The notes under the pieces: generated by a model
What the model saw: only the letters and a program-made list of their open reading frames with translations
Told to the model about the DNA's origin: nothing
The model's database searches: none
Shown: one piece after another, positions 28,150-41,147 of the stretch
Numbering within the stretch: position 1 is the stretch's first letter
How the letters are laid out: every line of letters starts with the position of its first letter
DNA from: Malacoraja senta
Lineage: Eukaryota
DNA length: 64,000 nucleotides
Reading direction: 5' to 3'
Assembly (NCBI GenBank): GCA_038087875.1
Contig: CM075997.1
Location: 3,164,001 to 3,228,000 of the forward strand
Position numbers and translations under genes: made by a program

Positions 28150-28446
28150 TTTTTAGACTTTAGAGATTCAGCATGGAATGCGCACTGAGTCCACGCCGAC
28201 CAGCGATCACCCCGTACACTAACACTATCCTACACACTGGAGACAATTTACAATTGTACTGATGTCAGTCAACCTACAAACCTATACATCTTTGGAGTGT
28301 GGGAGGAAACTGGAGTTCCTGGAGGAAACCCACGTGGTCACAGGGAGAACATACAAACTCCGTACAGACAGCATCCAAGGTCAGGATTAAACCCAGGTCG
28401 TTGGCACTGTAAGGCAGCAACTCTACCGCTGCACCACTGTGCCACC
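28150..28446 (-). mobile_element. HE1-type SINE
   Basis: Reverse-complement match to the family. Confidence 0.8.
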
Positions 28447-28945
28447 CTCGGTTGGTGTGGGTGAGAGGCACAAGTTGTGCCACTTCCCCGTGGGTTTAAT
28501 CTTGACGCTGGGCACTCTCTGTGAGATTGCACCTCCCTTTGACTATGTGCGTTTGCCCCATGTGCTTTGGTTTCCTCCCACATCTCCTATTTGCTGGTTT
28601 GTAGGTTAATTGGCTGCTGTAAATTACCCCTAGTGGGTGGTAGGAGAATCAAGAGGGTGTTAATGGGTATGTGTGAGAGAATACGTCACAGGCTTACATG
28701 TGCGGCGAACTAATAGGCTGAATGGCATCTATATTGTAAGAAATAATGAGGTGATGTGGAAAAACAATGGTGATAGTGCAGGTCAGGACTAGTGTCTCCA
28801 GTTTTGATAGTGGAAAAAATATTGTGAAGGCGGGGATCTTTGAATTATCATTCTCTAGTTTCCTCTTCTGGTAATATGATCACGGCGCTAACAATGCCAG
28901 GTTGGCTTGTGTCTCCTCAGCATTACCAACTCTGGTAAATCTCTT

Positions 28946-29133
28946 GGGTAGACAAAAGTGCTGGAGAAACTCAGCGGGTGCAGCAGCATCTATGGAGCAA
29001 AGGAAATAGGCAACGTTTCGGCCTGAAACGTTGCCTATTTCCTTTGCTCCATAGATGCTGCTGCACCCGCTGAGTTTCTCCAGCACTTTTGTCTACCTTC
29101 GATTTTCCAGCATCTGCAGTTCCTTCTTAAACA
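28946..29133. repeat. Fold-back Penelope-derived terminal unit with 14-bp TSD
   Basis: Near-perfect palindrome centred on caacgtttcggcctgaaacgttg; TSD CTGGTAAATCTCTT at 28932-28945 and 29134-29147. Confidence 0.8.
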
Positions 29134-29682
29134 CTGGTAAATCTCTTCCCGAGTGCTAGTGGATCCATCCTATAATTAGAGCCATAAGCAGTGTTCCAGA
29201 TGCAACTGACCAATGTTTTGTATTGTTCCAGCATGTTTTCCCTGTCTTTTTATGCCCCACTAATAAAGGCAATAATGCTGTGCTGCCTTAGCTACCTTAT
29301 GTAGCTGTACTCCTACCTTGAAGTCTAACTACAAGCACTCTAAGATCCCTCTGGAATTCTGCACCTCTTACTATTCTATTTACTGTAAATGTGTTTGCCT
29401 TTAATTCCATGCCAAGTTCATTGGAAGACACTTCCCAATGAATTCTACTTTGCTTCTCGGCATGAATCTTGCAAGTCCTTCGATATCTTAGAAAACTTCG
29501 GGTGTAGTCACTCAGCCGTGTCCAGTCCCACCCCGAACCCTCCAATTACTAAAACTCCCAGTGACCAATATCCCCAGTCAAATGTCGTACTCCTGGGAAA
29601 AGCAAAGTGGAAGTCAATTATTCATTGTGGGATTGCAGAGATTATGTTGTTCCCTTTTGTTAATTTGGGCTTTTCTTTGCAG

Positions 29683-29782
29683 AACAAGTCGTGGAAGAAG
29701 CTGAAAACCATGGTGCACTGGTCCCCGTTCGTTGTCTCCTTCAAGAAGCGCTATCCGTGGGTGCAGTTAGCGGGACATGCAG
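29683..29782 (+). CDS. ITPKC: Inositol-trisphosphate 3-kinase C, first visible coding exon ([34 protein letters not shown])
   Basis: Acceptor ttttctttgcag and donor gtaact; 100 bp, starts in phase 0. The peptide matches the IP3K calmodulin-binding and catalytic start motif WKKLK..WSPFV.SF...YPW.QLAGH. Confidence 0.93.
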
Positions 29783-29987
29783 GTAACTCATGCCCTGCGA
29801 TTCTCCATCAGTATAGTGACAAGGCAGCCCCGGGTCCTCTCATGACTGCTAGACCCTGTCATACTGTTGAGTAAGCAGTGACGATGCAGTGTGGTTGGTT
29901 CTGCTGACGGCTGATTGCAGTGTAGGTTCCATTCAGGAAGGTCGATTGTGTGGAATGGGAGAGCAGATTGGAAATCAAAGACCAGGA

Positions 29988-30277
29988 CTTTAGTTTGGTT
30001 TAGACTGCGTAGAAACAGGCCCACCGAGTCTGCACGGACCAGCGATCCCAGTACACTGACAACATCCTGCACACTAGGGACAATTTACATTTTTTACAGA
30101 TGCCAATTATTCTACAAAACATGTACGTCTTTGGAGTGTGGGAGGAAACAGGAGCACCCGGTGAAAACCCACGCGGTCATGGGGAGAACGTACTAACTCT
30201 GTACAGACACCACCCATAGCCAGGATCGAACCTGGGTCTCTGGTGCTGTAAGGTAGCAACTCTACCGCTGTGCCACC
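29988..30277 (-). mobile_element. HE1-type SINE
   Basis: Reverse-complement match to the family. Confidence 0.8.
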
Positions 30278-31307
30278 CCTTGAATAGTCATTGTTTACTG
30301 ACGACTCTACGTGTGGAGCTGCACAATATCTGGCAAGCCTAAGATGGCTGAATCGTCTTACCCCACCGTCCGGTTTGTGTGAAGAAAGAAGGCACTATGG
30401 AACTTGTTAGGATGCTGTGCACTTGGGTAAAGTCATGTTGGACACATGGAGCTACTAATTTGGTCATTATTTAAACACTGCTATGCTCTCTTTTCCACAA
30501 TCACTTAAACCAGTCCTGGGAATGACAGCTTTGTCATATGAGGAACAGTATCGGCGAGGCTTCCATCTTGAAAGTTACGGAGAATGGGCAGTAACCTCGT
30601 TACAACATACAAAACTCAGTCTGAGGAAGGATCCTGACCTGAAACATTCCCTGTCCATCTTCCCCCATAGTTGGTGCCTGACCCATTGAGTTCCTTCAGT
30701 AGTTTGTTGTCCAAATTCTCAGAGGGTAGATATGGGAAGGCGATTGTTCCTGATTGAGGAGTTTAGAACTAAGAGTCTCTCTCTCAACCATGGGGCAGGC
30801 CAATTAGAACTGAGATGAGGAGAGATTTTGTTCCTCCTAGGGTGTTCAACCTTGGGAATGCTTGACGCTGTAGTGCTGTAGAGGTTTGGTTTTGGTTAGT
30901 CTTTGATTCACTCAAAATTGACACCTGATGGAGGGTGTGGGGAAAGAAGGGGTAGATATGGAAGTTATTTCTAAATGATGGAGCAGCCATGAATGGCCGA
31001 GGATAGATAAATACCGACTCCCGTTTGTAGTGGTCTATGTTCTCTCCCTCACTGGGAAGAAACCAGTTGCATTCCGTGGAAGAAGATGTTACTTGCAGCC
31101 AGTGCATGTAGCTGTGGTTGTCCTTAACGCTTGTCTTTCATTAGTGTTAGCAATCCCATGGAATGTGGCAGAAGAAATGAAGGACTAGCTGCCCTCGGTG
31201 ACCATCATTTGCCTTTGCTGGCCAAGATTCTGTAGTGAGTTTGGAGAGGCAGGTTTGTGAACTGGAAGGTTGAGGGTAATCCTAATTCAGACATCTTTTC
31301 TTTCCAG

Positions 31308-31524
31308 GCAACTTTAAAGCTGGGGATTATGGAAAGATCCTGAAGAAGTATTGCGAGTGTGAGCATCAGTGTCTGGAGTCCCTGATGAAGGATCCTCTGC
31401 TGCGTCCTTACGTGCCGGGCTATTATGGTGTGGTGGGCAAGGATGGAGACAGCTACAACCAGATGGACGACTTGCTGTCGGAGTTTGACTCTCCCTCGAT
31501 CATGGACTGCAAGATGGGAGTGAG
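31308..31524 (+). CDS. ITPKC: ITPKC coding exon ([41 protein letters not shown]...[22 protein letters not shown])
   Basis: Acceptor tcttttctttccag, donor gtatgt; 217 bp. Contains the inositol kinase P-x-x-x-D-x-K-x-G motif (PSIMDCKMG); frame continues from the previous exon. Confidence 0.95.
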
Positions 31525-31954
31525 GTATGTTCAATAATATTGATTGGCTTAGGAGAAGGGGTTGCAGGATAAGGGGGAGGGGTGGTGATATTTGTTCCTC
31601 TCTTTGTATATTTGTAATCTCAACCCTTGTAATTTTGCTGCGTAACTGTGAGCTGCAAATGAGTTTTGATGCACAACTCAAACGTATAAGAACTAGTGAG
31701 CGATCTTAGTCTGAAATTTGTTTTTTGGCTTTATCTTGAAAGGTATCCATAATGTTGTTCTATTTCATAAATTGGGGCAATAATAAATGATCTGTTTGCC
31801 TGCGGCATTTAACAGTAAGTGATTACCTGATTAGATGATAATCTTATCCAACAGACGCCACCTTGGGTAATGTGGCTCTGACGTAAAGGTGTACGGAATT
31901 TATGGAATGTGTCTCGATTGTGTCTGGTTTGGTAATGATAGACAAATGATGTTA

Positions 31955-32324
31955 TGGGCCTGTCCCACTTTCCCGAGTTATTCACGTATTCTACTGAGTT
32001 ATTCACGAATTCTCCCGAGTTTTCAAACTCGCAGAATGTTCGTAACGAGTCCGTAGGAGGCCGTAGGAATCCGTGGATATATCGTAGCGTCTCGTTATGC
32101 CAGCCGTAGGTACCCGGGGCTATTTTTTTGCTCGTGGACATTTTTCATCAGGCCGAAAAAACGTCCCGACTTACCTGATGCCCCGAGTACCTACGGCTGG
32201 CATAACGAGCCGCTACGATATATCCACGGACTCCTAAGGCCTCCTACGGACTCGTTACGGACATTTTGCGAGTTTGAAAACTAGGGAAAATTCGTGAATA
32301 ACTCGGGAAAGTGGGACAGGCCCT
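31955..32324. mobile_element. PIF/Harbinger-type MITE, subfamily B (long inverted arms)
   Basis: GGGCCTGTCCCACTTTCCCGAGTTATTCACG and its reverse complement; TTA TSD; the arms extend well into the element. Confidence 0.88.
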
Positions 32325-33975
32325 TTAGAAAACTCTGGTGCACAGTATTGGTTCTGAAGGAGCCAGTAATGATGACTAGCCTGAAATGAATGAGCATTAT
32401 TCGGGGCAGAAGGATATGGTACAGTAATGGTGTAGGAAGGAACTGCAAGTGCTGGTTTAAACCGAAGATAGACACAAAAGGCTGGAGTAACTCAGCGGGA
32501 CAGGCAGCATCTCTGGAGAGAAGGAATGGGTGATCTTTCTCAACACCTAATATTTTGCCCGTTGACTGTCATAGAATCAGTGTCATACTGCACGAAAACA
32601 AGTCCTTGGTCCTACCCTACCCATGCTGACCATCAAGGACATGCCTATGGAGCGACTGAAGTCTGAAGAAGGATCTCGACCCGAAACGTCACCTATTCCT
32701 TCGCTCCATAGATGCTGCCTCACCCGCTGAGTTTCTCCAGCATTTTTGTCTACCTTCAATTTTTCCAGCAACTTTAGTTCTTTCTTAAACATCAAGGACA
32801 TGTCTAGTATTTGGCCTGTCTCTTCTCTGCCATGGCATTTCAAATGCTCTCCTCCGAATACTTAAATGCCAAGACCATTAAGGAGATAGATTTAAGCTCA
32901 TAAATGGAATATTGCCAATTGCATTTTAAAGAAATTAATGCTATGTGGCTGTAGACACAGCAGGGATAGGAAGGCACGAGGACATTATACACCCAGTGGG
33001 CAGATACTATAGACCTGTACGGGAAGGTAGATGCTCCCACCCCCACGAGTCTCAGGCAGACGGGGCTCGTCAGCCTGGGAAGGCGGTCCATCTAGGAGAG
33101 GGAAAGCTCTGGTTTAAAACCTCCACTGCCTTGTGGCCATATCCAGTCAAGAAAATCCGGAGTCGGAGCCCCTAAGTCAGTTTGTCGTTGTCTACAACCT
33201 CGCTCTGGCAGCTCCTGCGACGGCGCTGGTGCCAAACTGTAACGGCCCTGCTGTTCCTTTGGATCGATCAGCGACGTGGAGAGGGGGGACGTGCTGCATG
33301 GGCAACAGCCTGTGCTCCATATGACATCGCCCAGGCTTGCATCCGACCAGGATGCATCACCCATGGTCAGTCATGACCGTGGGGGGCCTACTACTGCTAT
33401 TCACCCAGGTATTTAACTCGTGGAACAGGTGCGGGAAGTACAGACACCAGCCCTTCCTTCTGTCCAACTATGCTGGATTTTGACTTCCAAAGCCTTGGTA
33501 TTTGAGGTGCAGATCATTTATTAATGCCCCAAATTATGAAATAGAACAACATTATGGATTTGGTTAGAAGTAAGATTTAAAGAGAGAGTTAGATGGACAG
33601 AGATAGTAACAGTGATAGTGAAGGAGTGCAGATACCATGGGGTTGAGGATGTGTAGGAAGGAACTGCAGATGCTCGTAACCATGAAGATACACAAAATGC
33701 CAGATAACTCAACAGGTCAGGCAGTATCTCTGGATAAAAGGAAAAGATGATGTTTTGAGGTTTTGACCCAAAACGTCACCTATTCCTTTTTTCCAGAGAT
33801 GTTGCCTGGCCCGCTGAGTTACTCCAGCATTTTGTCTACCTTGAGGTTGAAGATGGTTGCTTTGGAGATTGCGAGCGGACGTCTCTGGAGGTGGATCAAG
33901 AACAGTCGCTGCAAATCATGGTGGATCTGTGTAGCGTTGGCCTTTTCTCATTGGGTTACAAATTTCCTTTTGTAG

Positions 33976-34180
33976 GACCTACCTAGAGGAGGAGTTAACC
34001 AAAGCTCGAGAGAAACCCAAACTGCGTAAGGATATGTACGAGAAGATGATAGCGGTGGATCCAAATGCACCCACCCAAGAGGAACATGAACAAAAGGCCA
34101 TTTTGAAGCCACGTTACATGCAATGGCGGGAGACCCTTAGCTCGACTGCAACACTAGGATTCAGGATAGAAGGCATCAGG
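33976..34180 (+). CDS. ITPKC: ITPKC coding exon ([33 protein letters not shown]...[25 protein letters not shown])
   Basis: Acceptor tttccttttgtag, donor gtgagt; 205 bp. Encodes the IP3-binding lobe and the GFRIEG motif. Confidence 0.95.
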
Positions 34181-34274
34181 GTGAGTGGTGAGCCCAACAG
34201 CCCACACTGACAAGAAACTGATTGACCAACAAAAAGGCATTTAGTCCTGTTATTTCCTGAGTCTTGGATGTAGT

Positions 34275-35100
34275 CAAGACTAGGCTTGTATTCACTGGAG
34301 TTTAGAAGGATGAGGGGGGATCTCCAGGACAAGGGGTCACAGCTTAAGGATAAGGGGGAAATCCTTTAAGACCGAGATGAGGAAAAACTTTTTCACACAG
34401 AGAGTGGTGAATCTCTGGAACTCTCTGCCACAGAGGGTAGTTGAGGCCAGTTCATTGGCTATATTTAAGAGGGAATTAGATGTGGCCCTTGTGGCTAAAG
34501 GGATCAGGGGGTATGGAGAGAAGGCAGGTACGGGATACTGAGTTGGATGATCAGCCATGATCGTATTGAATGGCGGTGCAGGCTCGAAGGGCCGAATGGC
34601 CTACTCCTGCACCTATTTTCTATGTATCTATGTATCTATGTATCTATGATCTTATAGAAACATATAAAATTATAAAAGGACTGGACAAGCTAGATGCAGG
34701 AAAAATTTTCCCAATGTTGGACGAGTCCAGAACCAGGGGCCACAGTCTTAGAATAAAGGGGAGGTAATTTAAGACTGAGGTGAGAAAAAACTTTTTCACC
34801 CAGAGAGTTGTGAATTTATGGAATTCCCTGCAAGTCACTGGATGGATTTAAGAGAGAGTTAGATAGAGCTCTTGGGGCTAGTGGAGTCAAGGGATATGGG
34901 GAGAAGGCAGGCACGGGTTATTGATAGGGGACGATCAGCCATGATCACAATGAATGGCGGTGCTGGCTCAAAGGGCCGAATGGCCTCCTCCTGCACCTAT
35001 TTTCTATGTTTCTATGTTCCAGGGTGTCAGGGGTTATGGGGAGAAGGCAGGAGAATGTGGTTGAGAGGGAAAGATAGATCAGCCATGATTGAATGACGAA
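34275..35100 (+). mobile_element. Cluster of three to four tandem or nested CR1 (HER1-type) 3' fragments
   Basis: Repeated DLIETYKI/RGHSLRI/FTQRVVNLWNSLP segments and gatcagccatgat...gaatggc tails ending in ctatgttt. Confidence 0.85.
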
Positions 35101-36491
35101 GTAGATTTTAAGTTTAGTTTGGAGATACAACGCAGGAACAGGCCCATCGGCCCACTGAATCCCAGCCGACCAGCGATCCCCGCACAATAATGTTATCCTA
35201 CACATTTTACAATTATACCAAGCCAATTCTTTGGAGTGTGGGAGTAAACCAGAGATCCCGGAGAAAACCCACGCAGGTCATGTGGAGATCGTACAAAGTC
35301 TGTACAGACAGCTCTCGTTGCCCGGATCGAACCCGTAACTCTACCGCTGCACCACTGCCCACTGATGGATGCAACCCCCTAGACCTGATGGGCGGAATGG
35401 ACTAGTTCTGCCACTAGAACTTCTGAAAATATGTTCTAATCCCAACCACTTCCCACTGCCTTTCCCTTGCATACTTTAAATACAAAATCTCAGATTTAAA
35501 ATTCATAACTGACCCAGTATCAGTTGCCATTTCCAGAAGAGTTCTGCAATCCTATCACCTGGATGGTTTTCTATCGCACTCCTCCACGGGCAGGAACGGG
35601 GTACTGATTGTGGGTGATCAACTGTGATCACATTGAATGGGGGTGCTGGCTCGAAGGTCCGAATGGCCTACTCCTGCACCTATTGTCTATGTTTCCACAG
35701 GGCCAACCTCCTAATTCTCTTCTTAACCTCTTCAATTCAACCTCTTAAACCCTTAAGCTCAGTAACTTCAAGCTGTCCACGATTTCCGAACTATAGAGTC
35801 TTAGAAGCATCAAAATCAACCTCAAATTCCTGGCAATGTAACGCTCTGGATCCCACCACATTTAAATACAACTTTTTATATTTGAACATGTAAAATCCAA
35901 GTACAGTAAACTTCAGTGATCTGGCGCTGTTGGGGCTTGTGTTTGGACTATTGGATCAAATTAATGCAAATACCGCAACACCATAGTTGCATTATTTTTA
36001 ATGTTGGTCAGTAATTGAAAAAGACTGGGATGGGGAGAGGGGGGTCAGATGCAGGTGAACCTAGATAAAATGTGGGAGGGGTGGGTCCTGGTGAACCATG
36101 ATGTGGGTGTAGGAAGGAACTGCAGAGGCTGGTTTAAACCGAAGATAGACACAAAAAGTGGAGTAACTCAGCGGGACAGGCAGCACCGCTGGAGAGAAGG
36201 AATGGGTGACGTTTCGGGTCAATAAACAATAATAGGCCATTCGGCCCTTCAAGCCAGCACCGCCATTCACTGTGATCATGGCTAATCATCCACATTCAGT
36301 ACCCCGTTCCTGCCTTCTCACCATATCGCCTGACCCCGCTATATTCAGAAGAAGACCCTTCTTCCCATAATGTGGGTGGGCATGTTAGCCAACAGGAGGG
36401 AGGCAGAGCGTTGGTGAGCTGTGTGCCTGGCCCCAATGGACCAGAGGCCCAATTATTTGGGATTTCAAATAATTAGATAGCAGATCTGATA

Positions 36492-36762
36492 CACAAAAAT
36501 GCTGGAGAAACTCAGCGGGTGCAGCAGCATCTATGGAGCGAAGGAGATAGGCAACGTTTCGGGCCGAAACCCTTCTTCAGACTAAGGGTCTTCAGAAGAG
36601 TTCTGCAATTCCATCACCTGGATCATCCCATCTTCTGTCTGAAGAAGGGTTTTGGCCCGAAACGTTGCCTATCTCCTTCGCTCCATAGATGCTGCTGCAC
36701 CCGTTGAGTTTCTCCAGCATTTTTGTGTACCTTCGATTTTCCAGCTTCTGCAGTTCCTTCTT
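36492..36762. repeat. Fold-back Penelope-derived terminal unit with 14-bp TSD
   Basis: Inverted arms of about 90 bp; TSD TAGCAGATCTGATA at 36478-36491 and 36763-36776. Confidence 0.8.
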
Positions 36763-37057
36763 TAGCAGATCTGATATATCCTTTCCTGCTCTGTATATCC
36801 GTTCTCCCATGGTACTCAGAAATGAGCTTGGGCAGTCTAGATCTAGTTGGTTGTTTAAGAAGGAACTGCAGATGCTGGAAAATTGAAGGGAGACAAAAAT
36901 GCTGGAGAAACTCAGCGGGTGAGGCAGCATCTATGGAGCGAAGGAAATAGGCAACGTTTCGGGCCGAAACCCTTCTTCAGACTCTAGTTGGTAGATCTAG
37001 TTGGTCACTGCAGAGCTTGGGGGAGTTTGCTGGGGCAGGACTGGGTAACAGCAAAGA

Positions 37058-37545
37058 TTTACTATTTATTTACTATTTATTATATCTTTATTTCGAACGA
37101 TTAAAAAAAGAAGAATATAAAAATACATAACATATATGTACATACATAAATTAAAAAATCAAAAGCCAATTTCAACATAATACATATTAGACTCGTTCGA
37201 AAAGGGATAGGAAGAAGCCTATACTTGTCAAGTCCTACCCCTATTCTTCACCATTAACAAATGCAAAATTCAATAAAATAAACTAAACAGACAAATCAAA
37301 TAATACTACTCCAATTAAGCTATTAAGAAAAAAAGAACACAAAAAGAAAAGAACAAAAAGAACAAGCACCATTAACATCTGTGAGATTTACATTCTCCTT
37401 CCTCATTACTGTACTTTTCAAAGATATATCTTTTGTACATTTTTTTAAATTGCATCATATTCATACTTTGTTTAATCGTTTCGTCAAGACCATTCCACAA
37501 AACCACCCCACAAATGGAAATACACATACTTTTTAAATTGGTCAA
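37058..37545 (-). mobile_element. 3' end of a related but distinct Crack/L2-like LINE
   Basis: ORF end resembles 49660-49790; has the same 3' stem-loop motif and a TAAA-like tail. Confidence 0.7.
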
Positions 37546-37663
37546 GCATTAAGGTAGTCAGCACAGGGCAGGGGACGACGGTACTGTCTGCTGCTGACTG
37601 TCGTGACCCGCGTGCCCTGCTCCTTATTGTTAACAAGCTTCTGTTTCTCTTGGTTTCCCCCAG

Positions 37664-37765
37664 AAGGCCGATGGGTCCTGCAACACAAACTTTAAGAAAA
37701 CCAAACTCAAGGAACAGGTTATGGTGGCACTGGAAGATTTTGTGGACTGCAATAAAAACACCTTG
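37664..37765 (+). CDS. ITPKC: ITPKC coding exon (KADGSCNTNFKKTKLKEQVMVALEDFVDCNKNTL)
   Basis: Acceptor ggtttcccccag, donor gtaact; 102 bp. KADG.CNTNFKKT and LEDFVD resemble the C paralog more than B (recalled as KEDGTVNRDFKK). Confidence 0.93.
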
Positions 37766-39096
37766 GTAACTATCTTTTGTAATAGTACTTTGGGCAAAGG
37801 GTTCTTTGTATCCAGCCGGAGGTCATAATTTATTTCCCTTTCAAAGAGCTTCTTTAAATGCTCCAAATATATGTACAAGTAGCACAGGCACACCGTTGCT
37901 GTATTTTGAGTGGGGTCTGCAATGTCCATCACAGAGTGATGGTGGATCCTAATGGAGATGGTCCTATCTTCACACCAGGGGTACCACCCCCAATAGTGTG
38001 TGCAGCACTGCAGTCAGACTCATCTCCTCACACCCCAATGCCTTTTAACTCATCAACAGGACACATTTGGGAGTGTGCCTAGATGACTTCATCTCCAATA
38101 ACCACCCATCAGCTTGGCATCAAAGCTTTTTTCCACTAGTAGCTCTACTCAATAACCAAACATCTGTAGCCCCCTTTTGCTCTGGTATTTTATTTAATTC
38201 ACATGTTTAATCAATGATGTTTTATTATTAATGTTTAATGTTTTATGTGTCATTCCTAACTGTCACTATGTCATGTTGTCACTTACGGGTGGAGCACCAA
38301 GGCAAATTCCTTGTATGTGAATACTTGGCCAATAAACTTATTGAGCAATTAATTAGTTAATTAATTAATTCATCTGAATTAGTACACCATGAATTTCCTT
38401 AACCTTGACATGCGGTGATTTTAGTGTGTATTTATATTATAAAATGTAACACAGTTACTTAACAAGGCTGCCTCAGCATCATGCAACTTTTTAAATCAGG
38501 ACAAGGGCTTTGGCATATGGGGGCACCACCACATTTGGACTCTCCTTCCAACCGCCCAACAACATGCATTGGGAATGTATTGTTCATCCTTCATCGCCAC
38601 CGTGTCAAAATCCTGACATAGCCTTCCCAACAGCACTGCAGGAGCACCTACACCAGAAGGGTTGTACTTCCCAAAGGGGTCTTGCCACAATCACCTTGAG
38701 GGTATTGGAGGTGTGCAGTGTGTGCTGGGATTACCAGGAATGAATACAAGGAAAAATAAAACTGGATGGTGCTTCAAACAACTGGCACTTGTTTGGACTA
38801 ATGGTCGGATACCCTTCCTAACATAATGGGCTGAACCTCCCACCCTTTACTCCCCCCCCATGCCTTCCTACTGCCAGCCTTTTTTGGTGAGTGCTCTTTC
38901 CCTTCCTGTCCTTCAGGGGTTAGGTCTCCCCTTTGCCCCGCGATGTGGCGAACTGCTTCCCCTTCAGTGAGCTGTCTGGGCTGGGCTACACATTGGGCCA
39001 GCATACTAGCCTGCTGCTTCACGTAGCCTGTGTGTGGTGGGTGACTGTTGTCTGCTGTGTTGTTGGGCCACTAACACTTCTGTTCTTCTGTTGCAG

Positions 39097-39168
39097 AGAA
39101 AGTATTTGGCACGGTTGAAAGAATTGGTGATAGCATTGGAGGGCTCGGAGTTTTTCAAGACCCATGAG
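39097..39168 (+). CDS. ITPKC: ITPKC coding exon (RKYLARLKELVIALEGSEFFKTHE)
   Basis: Branch-like ctaac at 39071, acceptor ttctgttgcag, donor gtaatg; 72 bp; FFKTHE motif. Confidence 0.93.
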
Positions 39169-39917
39169 GTAATGTATTTGCTGTGTCTGTCCATAGCTTA
39201 ATGCTGGAAGGCAGTGAGCTTAGACCACAACGTGCTTCTTAAATTAATCGCAACTAAACTAATTGGCATCCCAGCAGCAATTGCAGGCGAAAGATTAAGC
39301 TTTACATTATTGTTTGAATCAGAGCCGTTTGTCCAGTTGTGGATGCGACATCTCTTTATTAAACTGATCAGGCCAGATCCCTGCCCAGCTCTCACATCAC
39401 TGCTGACCATTGACTGCTTCCAGTGGCTACATAATTTCACCCTATACTGACATTCCCTTTATTCCACCCCCAGCTCCACCCTCTCTGCTGCTTAGACAAG
39501 CTTGCTCTCCCCCTTTTTGTTTGTTCTGATCAAAGGTCTTCAACCTAAGACACTAACTTATTTCTATTTCCGCGGATGCTCAGTTTCTCCCTGACATTTT
39601 CTGCTGTGGTCCTGAGTTGGGTTGCTGTGCATGGCAGTTCCTGAATGTGTTTGAGGTGACGGCTTGAACCTTCCTAGCCGCTGGCAGTGTTAGTGACAGC
39701 TGCTGCTTTGCATCTCACCTTCACGTTGCTTCCATGTCCATTTGTTTTGGAAAATGTTTGTGGTTTGTCTATCCGGTAAACTTTAATGTTGATATTCGCG
39801 GGTCAATGATGGTAGGACGGGTCCCTGAGTGCTGCTCTGCCTCTTTGCACCCGGGGTCTGAGTTGGCAGTCTGTGCTGATCCCATGCAGGTAGATGTAGA
39901 GTTCTCCACAGTTTGAT

Positions 39918-40215
39918 GTTAAAGAAGGAACTGCAGATGCTGGAAAATCGAAGGTAGACAAAAATGCTGGAGAAACTCAGCGGGTGAGGCAGCATCTATG
40001 GAGCGAAGGAAATAGGCAATGTTTCAGGTCTAGACCCTTCTTCAGACTGATCTGAGGGTGGGGGGGGCAGGAAGAAGAAAGGAAGAGGCGGAGCCAGTGG
40101 GCTGAGGGAGAGCTGGGAAGGGGAGGAGAAAGCAGGGACTACCTGAAATTAGAGAAGTCAGTGTTCATACCGCTGGGGTGTAAACTGCCCAAGTGAAATA
40201 TGAGGTGCTGCTGAA
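39918..40215 (-). mobile_element. Penelope-like element 3' fragment
   Basis: Reverse strand reads QHLIFHLGSLHPSGMNTDFSNFR*, then the terminal unit. Confidence 0.7.
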
Positions 40216-41147
40216 TGAGAACAGATTGATGTTCCGCTTGTGGCATTCCATGTGTGTCCGGTTACTAGCTCTCCACAATCATCATTCATCGGCTGCTTAA
40301 CCATCAGGGCATTGCAGATGCATCACCCACCATGGATTGATTGCGTAGATCCATAACTGAAGAAGGAAAACATATTGAGCAGGAAAGCATATTCGCCACA
40401 TAGAGTGCTGTGGATCCAACAGCTGCCTCATCACTATCTTAAAGTGCAGATATAGAGATCGATAAATTGGCTAAGACCATGTTTCGGAGGTCTACCTCCA
40501 TTGAACAGAACAAAGTGCTGGGGTGTTTAAGAGGGAACTGCAGATGCTGGAAAATCGAAGGTAGACAAAAGTGCTGGAGAAACTCAGCGGGTGCAGCAGC
40601 ATCTATGGAGCAAAGGAAAACTCAGTGGTTCGGTCAGCATCTCTGGAGGTCATGGAGAGGCGACACTTGGGCTTTGTCCCACCCCCCTCCCCTTCTATCT
40701 CTCTTTTCCAGCTTCTCCCCCCCCCCCCCCCTCCATTGCAATTACTCTGAAGGATTCCAATCTGGAACATACTACCTATCTATGTCCTCCACAGATGCCA
40801 CCCGGGCCGCTGAGTTTCTTTGACTCTTTGTCTTCTGCACAAGTACCAACCCCTGCAGGTCCAAGTGACATCCATTGGTTGGGTTCAGCTGATGTTCAAG
40901 AGGAGATCAACCTGTACCTTCACTCTGGATGGCATGTTTTGCTGGAAAAGAATCCCTCCACCAGAGTATAGTGTTTCTGAAGGTAGACAAAAAACGAGAC
41001 CCGAAACGTCGCCTGTTCCTTCTCTCTATAGATGCTACCTCACCCGCTGAGTTTCTCCAGAATTTTTTGTCTACCTTCGATTGTTCCAGCATCTGCAGTT
41101 CTTTCTTACACATAGTGTTTCTGAATGCAGTTGTGGAATTGTCTCTG

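Noticed and set aside
1..29682. Canonical large ITPKC first exon
   Set aside because: No long + strand non-repeat ORF ending in a phase-0 donor was found apart from the TDP2-like one; the exon is assumed to be upstream of the window.
29389..29874. 161-aa ORF as a single-exon gene or ITPKC start
   Set aside because: Only 29683-29782 is IP3K-like and splice-bounded; the flanks are intronic.
33000..33390. Possible RTE-type 5' region or SINE
   Set aside because: Resemblance is from memory only and it is single-copy here; not enough support for a call.
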